Assembly: GCA_963705985.1 (NCBI GenBank)
Contig: CAVPLK010000003.1
Location: 67,745-131,744, forward strand
Direction: 5' to 3'
Length of the DNA stretch: 64,000 bases
Source: an uncultured Gemmatimonadales bacterium
Lineage (GTDB): Bacteria; Gemmatimonadota; Gemmatimonadetes; Gemmatimonadales; GWC2-71-9
Shown here: piece after piece, positions 11,812-19,724 of the stretch
Layout: each line of letters begins with the position of its first letter
Position numbering within the stretch: the first letter of the stretch is position 1
Position numbers and translations under genes: made by a program
Notes under the pieces: model-generated
Databases searched by the model: none
What the model saw: the letters and a program-made list of their open reading frames with translations, nothing else
What the model was told of the DNA's origin: nothing

Positions 11812-12569
11812 GCCCCGAGCGGCTGACCGCCTTGCTGGCGGAGGTTGTGGCAGGCCGAGTGTCGCCGGCGGCCGCGCTGGAGCAGCTGCGGCACTTCCCC
11901 TCCGAGCAACTTCCGTTTGCCAGCATCGACCACCATCGCACCCTCCGCCAGGGGCAGCCGGAGGTGATCTTCTGCGCCGGCAAGACCGTCGAGCAGGTGG
12001 TGGCAATCGCCGAACGCCTGGTCGCGGCCTCCGGCGGGTTCCTCGGCACCCGGGCCACGCCCGACCAGGCCGCGGCGTTGGGCGCCGTATTCCCACGGCT
12101 TGAGTGGAACCCGCTGGCGCGCACCGTCTTCCTGCCGGCCGACCCCCGCCCGGCGCCGACGGGGAAGGGGACGGTTCTGGTGGTCTGTGCCGGAACCAGC
12201 GACCTGCCGGTGGCGGAGGAGGCGGCGATCGTGGCGGAGGCGTTCGGCAATCGGGTGGACCGGATGGTCGATGTCGGCGTGGCCGGCCTTCACCGACTCA
12301 TGGCCCAGAGCGAGCGGCTCCGTGAGGCGGCGGTGGTGATCGTCGTCGCGGGCATGGAGGGGGCGCTGCCGAGCGTCGTCGGCGGGCTGGTGAGTGTGCC
12401 GGTCATTGCGGTCCCGACCAGCGTGGGGTATGGGGCGTCGTTTGGAGGGATCGCCGCCCTCCTCGGAATGCTCAACAGCTGTGCCGCTGGCGTGACGGTG
12501 GTCAACATCGACAACGGGTTTGGTGCGGCGGCGGCGGCGACGCGCATCAACCAGGGAGATGCGGCCTGA
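11808..12569 (+). CDS. larB: nickel-pincer cofactor biosynthesis protein LarB (PurE-like carboxylase/hydrolase)
   Basis: GTG 11808 overlaps the dus stop (GTGA). N-terminal DHHRTLRQGQPEVIFCAGKT and a PurE-like C-terminal domain (VVCAGTSD...VAGMEGALPSVV). Confidence 0.8.
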   Translation: MSPERLTALLAEVVAGRVSPAAALEQLRHFPSEQLPFASIDHHRTLRQGQPEVIFCAGKTVEQVVAIAERLVAASGGFLGTRATPDQAAALGAVFPRLEWNPLARTVFLPADPRPAPTGKGTVLVVCAGTSDLPVAEEAAIVAEAFGNRVDRMVDVGVAGLHRLMAQSERLREAAVVIVVAGMEGALPSVVGGLVSVPVIAVPTSVGYGASFGGIAALLGMLNSCAAGVTVVNIDNGFGAAAAATRINQGDAA

Positions 12570-13480
12570 TGCTGGAGACGGTCCTGCGGCGCAGCGCGCC
12601 CGACCTCGAGTGGCTCGATGTGACCGCTCCGACGCCCGACGAGCTCGATGGTCTTGCGGAGTCGTACGGCCTCCACCCCCTGTCCCTGCAGGACTGCCTT
12701 GACCCCGAGCACCTGCCGAAGCACGAACGGGTCGGTGGCGCCACGTTCGTCATCGTCCGCGCCTACGACGAGGGCGCACCGCCGGATGCGGTCACCGTGC
12801 AGCAGATGACCCGGAAGGTCGCAGCGTTCGCCGGCCTGACCTTTCTGGTCACCGTCCACCGGCAGGCGATGCCGTTCTTCGATGGGTTCAAGGCGGGCTG
12901 CGCGCAGCGCACGCCGGACCAGGCCGGCCTGGGGGAGGTGCTGGTGGACCTCATCGCCGCGGTGGTGGCCACGTACGAGAAGCCGCTGGAGCAGGCGGAG
13001 CAAGTGCTGGACGACTTCGAGGAGGCGCTGTTCGATGGAGGCCGGGCCGAGGCCGGGCTGGAGGAGATCCACCTCGTCAAGCGCCGCGTCACCCTCATCA
13101 AGCGCACGCTCTGGCAGACCCTCGGCGTGGTGCAGAAGCTCCACCCGGCGTCCGAGGGGCACGCAGCCATCTACCAGGACCTGCGCGAGACCATCGAGAG
13201 CCTGCACACTTACGCCGACGAGATCCACGACAACGTCACCAATCTGCTGACGGTGCAGCTCAATATCGCATCGCACCGGACCAACGAGGTGATGCGCATC
13301 CTGACTGTCTTCTCCGCCTTTTTCTTGCCGCTGACGTTCATCGTCGGCATTTACGGGATGAACTTTCGCCGGATGCCCGAGCTTGAGTTGCCCTACGGGT
13401 ACCCGCTCACTGTCGCGGTCATGATCGCCGTCTGCGTGGGCATCTTCCTCTGGTTCCGCCACCGGGGATGGATGCGGTGA
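12569..13480 (+). CDS. corA: CorA-family divalent cation (Mg/Co/Ni) channel
   Basis: YGMNF signature followed by the second C-terminal TM helix. Start overlaps the larB stop (TGATG). Confidence 0.9.
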   Translation: MLETVLRRSAPDLEWLDVTAPTPDELDGLAESYGLHPLSLQDCLDPEHLPKHERVGGATFVIVRAYDEGAPPDAVTVQQMTRKVAAFAGLTFLVTVHRQAMPFFDGFKAGCAQRTPDQAGLGEVLVDLIAAVVATYEKPLEQAEQVLDDFEEALFDGGRAEAGLEEIHLVKRRVTLIKRTLWQTLGVVQKLHPASEGHAAIYQDLRETIESLHTYADEIHDNVTNLLTVQLNIASHRTNEVMRILTVFSAFFLPLTFIVGIYGMNFRRMPELELPYGYPLTVAVMIAVCVGIFLWFRHRGWMR

Positions 13481-14916
13481 CCGGCACCTTGCTCCTGGCG
13501 CTCGTGGCCGGGGCCGCGGTCGGGGTGCTCATCGACCGTCGCTTCCGCTCCAACCGGGCTCGATCGTTCGGTGCACTTCCTGACGCTGCCACCCCCCACC
13601 TTCTGCCTGACCCTGCCCTCGAGTGGCTGCGCCGCGCCGTTGGCGCACGCGGCGTCTGGGCAGTCGAGACGACGGGGCCCGGAAAGGGCGCACGCACCTA
13701 CCAGAGTATCGCTCCCGATTGGCGTGTGGCGGACGCCGACCTCGACCTGATCGAGCAGCGGCTCGGGGCGGCGTCCACGCGCGAAGGTGATGGAGCCGAA
13801 CGCCTGGACGCGGGGCTCCTCCTGACCGCGGCTGCTGGCGGAGCGGTCGTGGCGGCCCTCCTCGCCTCCGAGGCGTCCCACGCCGCGCAAGCGACGGTGC
13901 GCGCCGACCTGGCAGCGCTCCTCGACGGGATCGGCCGGCGCCCCGTGCTGCACGATCTTGCCCAGGTGCAGGAGGGCTTGGCCATCGAATCGGTCGAAAG
14001 CGTCGGGATGCGGCTGGCATACCAAGTGGAGCGAATCGCGGGGGCCGAAGCGTACGTCGCCGCGTCAGAGGGAACTGGTGTGCGAGTCATCGGTGTGTCG
14101 GGGCTCGCGGACCGCCGAGCGCTGGGCCAGATGCTCCCGGCTCAGGCGATGCTCGCTCGGGTGGCGCTGGGTGCCGAGCCGGAGGCCGCGAGCGGCGATC
14201 CGCTGGGCGGGTCCGCCACCGATCGGCGCCGCCATCCTCCCGCGCGGGTGACGCCAATGCTGCAGCACGACCAGGCCATCGGCGCCATCGCCTGGCGGGT
14301 GCCTGATGGCGGCCTGATTGGCCCGGAGACGGTGCGAGAGGTGAACGAGGCGATTCGCGCGGCGACGCCGCGGCTGGAGGTGGCCGTGCGGCTTGCGGCC
14401 GAGACCGACCGGGCCATCAAGGATCCGTTGACCGGGTTGTTGAATCGGCGTGGCCTCGCTGAACGGATGAGCCTTCTCGGGCCGGAGCGAGGCGCGCTCA
14501 TCTCGCTGGATATCGACAAATTCAAGTTGCTGAACGACACACTCGGCCACGCGGCGGGAGATGCCGCCCTCATGCACCTGGCGCGCATTCTCCAGGAGCA
14601 GGTCCGTGGAGTGGACTCGGCGGCCCGGGTCGGCGGGGAGGAATTCCTCCTCTGGCTGCCGGGGACGTCGCTCGAGGAAGGGGTCCGGGTGGCGGAACGG
14701 ATTCGAGTGCGCATCGGGACCGCCGGGTGGGATTGGCAGGGAAAGTCGTGGCCGCTCTCCGCCTCCTTCGGAGTCGCGGGATGGCCGGAGACCACCTTGA
14801 GCAAGGACAATCTTGCCACGCAGGCCGACGCGGCGCTCTATGCCGCGAAACGGGGTGGGCGGGACCGGGTGGTGACGTGGAGGTCTGACCTGAAGAACGC
14901 TCCAGAGGAGGCGTAG
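13468..14916 (+). CDS. membrane-anchored diguanylate cyclase (GGDEF)
   Basis: N-terminal TM helix. GGDEF domain with active GGEEF and an RxxD I-site (RGVD) five residues upstream. Overlaps corA by 13 nt. Confidence 0.88.
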   Translation: MDAVTGTLLLALVAGAAVGVLIDRRFRSNRARSFGALPDAATPHLLPDPALEWLRRAVGARGVWAVETTGPGKGARTYQSIAPDWRVADADLDLIEQRLGAASTREGDGAERLDAGLLLTAAAGGAVVAALLASEASHAAQATVRADLAALLDGIGRRPVLHDLAQVQEGLAIESVESVGMRLAYQVERIAGAEAYVAASEGTGVRVIGVSGLADRRALGQMLPAQAMLARVALGAEPEAASGDPLGGSATDRRRHPPARVTPMLQHDQAIGAIAWRVPDGGLIGPETVREVNEAIRAATPRLEVAVRLAAETDRAIKDPLTGLLNRRGLAERMSLLGPERGALISLDIDKFKLLNDTLGHAAGDAALMHLARILQEQVRGVDSAARVGGEEFLLWLPGTSLEEGVRVAERIRVRIGTAGWDWQGKSWPLSASFGVAGWPETTLSKDNLATQADAALYAAKRGGRDRVVTWRSDLKNAPEEA

Positions 14917-15053
14917 GGTGTTTGCCGGGCACGGGGTAGCCGCGAAGCACGCCGCGCCTTAGTGTTCCGGCAGTGTCGGCGCTGACGGTGACGAAGAAGT
15001 AGGGCGATTGACTGCCCGGGATACCCACAACGACCAGTCGAAAGGCGACAGCA

Positions 15054-15875
15054 ATGCGCAATGGCGTTCTCGCGGCGATGGCGGTCCTCGTTCTCCCGGC
15101 GCTCCTTGCCGGGCAGGAACCGGAAACCAAAGCCGGCATGCAGGCGAAGGCGGAGGAACTGGCCAAGGCCGCCCAGAATCCGGTCGCCAACATGAACTCG
15201 GTGCCGATCCAGTTCAACTGGACGACGGGTGGCGCGCTGGGCGACGAGACGCAGTCGGTCGTGAACGTCCAGCCGGTGCTGCCGCTTCAGATCGACGAGA
15301 AGTGGAACCTCATTTCCCGGACGATTATCCCCTTTGTGAGCCTGCCCGGTGAAGGGCCCGATCGAATCAAGGGGATCGGCGACATTCAGGCGCAGCTCTA
15401 CCTGACGCCAATCAAGGCGGGGTCGCTGGTGTGGGGCTTCGGGCCGGTCCTGTCCTTCCCGACGGCCACCAACGCCGCCATCTCGACCGGCCAATTTGCC
15501 ATGGGACCGGCGCTCGTGGTGCTGAGCATGGGCAAGAAGTGGGTTTACGGCGGGGTGGCGAACCAGCTCTGGCGCGTCGCAGGTGGTAACTCCGACGAGG
15601 CCATCAACAGCTTCTTCGTCCAGCCGTTCATCAACTACAACCTGAAGCGGGGATGGGTCATCTCGACCGCGCCGGCGATTACCGCCAACTGGGACGCGCC
15701 CAGCGGTCAGCAGTGGACAGTACCCCTCGGCGTCGGCATCTCGAAGCTCACCGTGGTCGGCAAGCAGCCGATGAACCTCGTCCTGCAGTACTACGCCAAT
15801 GTGGTCCGACCGGACAATGCCGGCTCCTCGGTGATCCGGATGCAGGTGGCGCTGCTCTATCCGAAGGGAATGTAG
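15054..15875 (+). CDS. outer-membrane beta-barrel channel (phenol MetA-degradation-like 'transporter' family)
   Basis: Signal peptide, QNPVANMNSVPIQFN motif, alternating beta-strand pattern. 273 aa. Confidence 0.7.
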   Translation: MRNGVLAAMAVLVLPALLAGQEPETKAGMQAKAEELAKAAQNPVANMNSVPIQFNWTTGGALGDETQSVVNVQPVLPLQIDEKWNLISRTIIPFVSLPGEGPDRIKGIGDIQAQLYLTPIKAGSLVWGFGPVLSFPTATNAAISTGQFAMGPALVVLSMGKKWVYGGVANQLWRVAGGNSDEAINSFFVQPFINYNLKRGWVISTAPAITANWDAPSGQQWTVPLGVGISKLTVVGKQPMNLVLQYYANVVRPDNAGSSVIRMQVALLYPKGM

Positions 15876-15903
15876 GCGGGGAGGCGGGGCCGGGATCTGC
15901 ATT

Positions 15904-15961
15904 CACGAAAGCACGAAAGTACGAGATTGAACGGCTCGTTTCGTGTTTTCGTGCTTTCGTG
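15904..15961. repeat. hairpin built from CACGAAAG octamers (copy 2 of CACGAAAR element)
   Basis: 5' arm is CACGAAAG CACGAAAG TACGAG, loop is ATTGAACGG, 3' arm is CTCGTTTCGTGTTTTCGTGCTTTCGTG. Starts 29 nt after the OMP stop codon. Confidence 0.8.
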
Positions 15962-15989
15962 GCCTCGGGGGCGGAGGTTGGGCGTCTGC

Positions 15990-16018
15990 TTGCCGGCATG
16001 GCATGAAAAGTGTATCAT
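15990..16018 (+). promoter_or_regulatory. candidate sigma-70 promoter of ssrA (TTGCCG-N17-TATCAT)
   Basis: -35 at 15990-15995 and -10 at 16013-16018, 14 nt upstream of the mature tmRNA 5' end. Confidence 0.5.
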
Positions 16019-16032
16019 TCTGACACACCCAA

Positions 16033-16394
16033 GGGGGCGATCGGCTTCGACGGGTTGGAAGAAGGAATTGCTGCGTGCCCAGGTCCAAGTCCCTGGCTAA
16101 ACCGCTTGGAAACTACCAAACGCCAACGATAACCTGGCGCTGGCTGCGTAAGCTGAGCTAACGCTCGCTTGACGCTCCTCCGGTTCATTGAGCCCGCCCG
16201 GGGCGCGGTGGATCGGATCGAAAATCCGGGCTGGCTGAGCGCGGTCCTCCGACGCACGAGGCGAGACTTCAGGAGGTTGTCCCCAAAGCGGCCGATTCCT
16301 TGCCGGGTTGGGGAGACGCAAGAAGAGGGATCTACGCACGTAGATGCGGTTCTGGAACCACACTCGGACCAGGGTTCGATTCCCTGCGCCTCCA
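16033..16394 (+). ncRNA. ssrA: transfer-messenger RNA (tmRNA, one-piece)
   Basis: 5' GGGGGCG pairs with 3' CGCCTCC, including a G3:U pair. 5' GGGGGCGATCGGCTTCGACGGG is tmRNA-like. T-arm GGTTCGATTCC. Tag reading frame 16122-16151 is GCC AAC GAT AAC CTG GCG CTG GCT GCG TAA = ANDNLALAA. Discriminator A at 16394; CCA is not encoded. Confidence 0.93.
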
Positions 16395-16412
16395 CTGCAC
16401 GACCACGCTGAG

Positions 16413-16448
16413 GACCGGAAGGGCCAGCCCTTACGGTCTTCGCTTTTT
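16413..16448 (+). terminator. rho-independent terminator of ssrA
   Basis: GACCGGAAGGGC / GCCCTTACGGTC stem followed by TTCGCTTTTT. Confidence 0.7.
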
Positions 16449-16617
16449 GTGCCCTCGCCCAGTCCTTGGCCTTCACTCTCCGGTCGCCAGTTCCGCTTCA
16501 CTCAATCATGACTCTTCCGGACCTTTACCGAGGGCCCGAAGAGGCATACGTTTCCCGAGTCCTTGGGGTGGCCACGTTGCGCCCCAGCGATCCCCCCCCT
16601 GAATCGTTGGAGGATGG

Positions 16618-19071
16618 ATGTCTCGCCGAGCCACCAGTGCAGTTGTAGCCCTGACCCTGTTTTCCTGGATGCCGTTGGCCGCCCAGCAGACCACCGGCAA
16701 GCCGGGGTCTCCCGACGCCACGACCACAATCGACGGACGGTATATCCCTGCCCAGCCGCAGCCGTTCCGCGGCACGATCAACATGGGCGCCCCGGAGTCC
16801 AGGCCCTACTGGGAGCCGGCCGTCGTGCCACCCAAGGGCGCGCCGAATATTCTGCTGATCATGACCGATGACGCCGGCTACGGCGTCTCGGGGACCTTTG
16901 GCGGCATCATCCCGACGCCGGCTCTCGACCGGGTCGCGAACGCCGGGCTCCGGTACACGCAGTTCCATTCCACGGCCCTCTGCTCACCGACCCGAGCCGC
17001 GTTGATCACCGGACGCAATCACCATTCAGTCGGCTTCGGCGTGATTGCCGAGCAGTCCACTGGCTACCCGGGGTACGATGCGGTCATCGGGCCGGAGAAC
17101 GCCACGGTGGGGACTATCCTCCGCGACAATGGATACGCCACCTCGTGGTTCGGCAAGAACCACAACACCCCCGGCTTCCAGTACAGCATCGCCGGCCCCT
17201 TTGACCAGTGGCCAAGCGGCATGGGCTTCGAGTACTTCTACGGGTTCATGGGCGGTGAGACGGACCAGTGGACGCCGTACCTCTTCCGGGACCACTCGCA
17301 GGTCTACCCCTGGGTCGGGAAGCCCGGCTACAACCTGATCACCGACATGGCGGACGACGCCATCCGGTACATGAACCAGCTCAACGATGCGGCGCCGGAC
17401 AAGCCGTTCTTCATCTATTACGTGCCAGGCGGCACCCACGCCCCGCACCAGCCGAAGCCGGAGTGGGTTGCCAAGTTCAAGGGCAAGTTCGACATGGGCT
17501 GGAATGCGATGCGGGACACCATCTTCGCCAACCAGAAGCGGCTCGGCGTGATCCCCGCCAATGCTCAGCTGACCCCGTGGCCCGACGATCTTCCAGAGTG
17601 GAACTCGCTCCCCGCGTTGAACAAGAAGCTCTTCGCGAGGCAGGCAGAGGTCTTTGCCGCCTACGTGGCCTACACTGACAATGAGATCGGTCGGGTCATT
17701 CAGGAAGTCGCAAACCTGGGCAAGCTCGACAACACCCTCATCATCTATATCGAGGGCGACAACGGGACGAGCGCGGAAGGATCCACGGTCGGCACCCCCT
17801 TCGACCTGGCCTCGATTCAGGGTATCGACGTGCCCGTGGCCGAACAGATGAAATACTATGACGCGTGGGGCTCGGCCGTGACACAGCCGCACATGTCGGT
17901 CGCATGGTCCTGGGCGTTCGATACACCGTTCAAGTGGACCAAGCAGATCGCCTCACACTTCGGCGGTACCCGACAGGGCATGGCCATGTCGTGGCCCGGG
18001 CACATTCCCGCCGGTGGTGTACGCAGCCAGTTCCATCACATGATCGACATCGCCCCGACGCTCCTCGAAGCCACGGGCGTCACCGCGCCGATCATGGTGA
18101 ATGGGATCGCGCAGCGCCCCATCGAGGGCGTGAGCATGGCCTACACCTGGAAACAGGATGGTGCCAAGGCGGCGTCAGCCAGGGAAACCCAGTACTTCGA
18201 AATGTTCGGTGGCCGTGCCATCTACCACGATGGGTGGGTCGCCGCGACCACCCCCTGGGCGGCGCCGTGGCTCATGGGCCTGGTCGGGAAGCCGCCGGCC
18301 GATGTGATCAACGGCTACACCTGGGAGCTCTACCACATCGACGAGGATTTCACGCAGAACAACGATCTGGCCGCCAAGAATCCAGACAAACTCCGGGAAC
18401 TCCAGGAGTTGTTCCTGGTGGAGGCGACCAAGTACCAGGTCTTCCCACTCGACAACTCGGTCGTGGCTCGCATTCTCGCGCCGCGCCCGAGCGCGAGCGC
18501 TGGCAAGGACCTCTTCACCTACAGTCGTGCGGAAGTCGGCCTTCCGCCCAGCGTGGCGCCGGATATTCTCACCAAGTCGTATACGGTCACGGCAGATGTG
18601 GACGTCCCGAAGGGCGGTGGTGAGGGGGTGCTGGCGACATTGGGTGGCCGGTTCGGCGGTTTCGGGCTCTATCTCGTCAAGGGTAAGCCAGTATTCTCCT
18701 ACAACCTCCTCGCGTTGGAGACGTTCCGCTGGGCCGGCGCTCAGGCGCTTTCCCCCGGCCGGCACACCATCGTCTTCGACTTCACCTATGACGGGCCCGG
18801 TGCCGGCAAGGGCGGCACTGGTGTGCTGAAGGTGGATGGCAAGGTGGTCGCCACCAAGGCCGTTCCGCACACCATCCCGTTCCTGATGACGATCGACGAG
18901 ACGTTTGACATCGGGTCCGACACGCGGACGTCGGTCAATCCGGCCGACTATGCGGTGCCGTTCACGTTCACCGGCACGATCAACGAGGTGACGATCGAGC
19001 TGGGGCCGTCGCGCCTGCTGAGCCAGGAGCGGCAGTCGATTCAACAGCGACTCGCGAGCGCGCTGGACTAG
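16618..19071 (+). CDS. secreted arylsulfatase (formylglycine-dependent sulfatase family)
   Basis: Signal peptide, sulfatase signature CSPTRAALITGRNHH, 817 aa, GGAGG RBS. By eye lower GC than the flanking genes. Confidence 0.9.
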   Translation: MSRRATSAVVALTLFSWMPLAAQQTTGKPGSPDATTTIDGRYIPAQPQPFRGTINMGAPESRPYWEPAVVPPKGAPNILLIMTDDAGYGVSGTFGGIIPTPALDRVANAGLRYTQFHSTALCSPTRAALITGRNHHSVGFGVIAEQSTGYPGYDAVIGPENATVGTILRDNGYATSWFGKNHNTPGFQYSIAGPFDQWPSGMGFEYFYGFMGGETDQWTPYLFRDHSQVYPWVGKPGYNLITDMADDAIRYMNQLNDAAPDKPFFIYYVPGGTHAPHQPKPEWVAKFKGKFDMGWNAMRDTIFANQKRLGVIPANAQLTPWPDDLPEWNSLPALNKKLFARQAEVFAAYVAYTDNEIGRVIQEVANLGKLDNTLIIYIEGDNGTSAEGSTVGTPFDLASIQGIDVPVAEQMKYYDAWGSAVTQPHMSVAWSWAFDTPFKWTKQIASHFGGTRQGMAMSWPGHIPAGGVRSQFHHMIDIAPTLLEATGVTAPIMVNGIAQRPIEGVSMAYTWKQDGAKAASARETQYFEMFGGRAIYHDGWVAATTPWAAPWLMGLVGKPPADVINGYTWELYHIDEDFTQNNDLAAKNPDKLRELQELFLVEATKYQVFPLDNSVVARILAPRPSASAGKDLFTYSRAEVGLPPSVAPDILTKSYTVTADVDVPKGGGEGVLATLGGRFGGFGLYLVKGKPVFSYNLLALETFRWAGAQALSPGRHTIVFDFTYDGPGAGKGGTGVLKVDGKVVATKAVPHTIPFLMTIDETFDIGSDTRTSVNPADYAVPFTFTGTINEVTIELGPSRLLSQERQSIQQRLASALD

Positions 19072-19093
19072 TTTCGCCAGGACCGAAAGTCGA

Positions 19094-19132
19094 ATCGGGG
19101 ACCCGGGGGCAGTTTGCCCTGGGATCCCCGAT
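19094..19132 (+). terminator. hairpin downstream of the sulfatase gene
   Basis: ATCGGGGA...TCCCCGAT outer stem with inner GC pairs. No clear U-tract. Confidence 0.4.
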
Positions 19133-19158
19133 CGCTTCGCCGTTGCGTTTCCCGTGTC

Positions 19159-19215
19159 GTCACCCCCGCGAACGCGGGGGTCCAGTTACTGGATTCCCGC
19201 GTGCGCGGGAATGAC
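19159..19215. repeat. double-hairpin palindromic element (REP/MITE-like)
   Basis: GTCACCCCCGCGAACGCGGGGGTCCAGT + ACTGGATTCCCGCGTGCGCGGGAATGAC. Each half is a hairpin and the halves are inverted copies. One frame reads YWIPACAGMTG. Confidence 0.75.
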
Positions 19216-19229
19216 GGGCGTCCCGTCGG

Positions 19230-19724
19230 CTAGATGTGTCCCGCCAGGTCGATCTTCTTGATCTTCTCTTCCTGCTCCTGCCGGAATTCCTTCAACTTCT
19301 TGGCCAGCACCTTGTCGGTGCGGGCCAGCATCGCCACGGCAAAGAGCGCGGCGTTGTGCGCACCAGCGTCGCCGATGGCGAAGGTGGCGACCGGAACGCC
19401 GGCTGGCATCTGCACGGTGGCGAGGAGCGAATCCATCCCCTGCAGGTGCCCCCCCGGCATTGGGACGCCGAGTACCGGGATCGTGGTACCCGCCGCCATG
19501 ACCCCGGCCAGGTGCGCCGCCATGCCTGCGGCGGCGATGATGCAGGTGAGCCCACGCGCCTCCGCGGTAGCGGCATACTCATGCGCCATGACGGGGGAGC
19601 GGTGCGCCGAGATGACCCTCGACTCACAGGCCACCCCGAAGTGAGAGAGGCGATTGGCGGCGTGCAGCATCACCGGCCAGTCGGAGGCGCTGCCCATCAC
19701 GATACCTACCAGGGGAGTCGTCAT
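19230..19724 (-). CDS. purE: 5-(carboxyamino)imidazole ribonucleotide mutase
   Basis: PLVGIVMGSASDW and class I PurE core. ATG 19724 shares one nt with the ppdK stop (TAATG). Confidence 0.93.
   Translation of the reverse strand: MTTPLVGIVMGSASDWPVMLHAANRLSHFGVACESRVISAHRSPVMAHEYAATAEARGLTCIIAAAGMAAHLAGVMAAGTTIPVLGVPMPGGHLQGMDSLLATVQMPAGVPVATFAIGDAGAHNAALFAVAMLARTDKVLAKKLKEFRQEQEEKIKKIDLAGHI

Noticed and set aside
16395-19230. ssrA-adjacent genomic island or prophage
   Set aside because: I saw no integrase, phage or mobility gene and no duplicate of the ssrA 3' end. It is kept only as a weak single-gene acquisition hypothesis.
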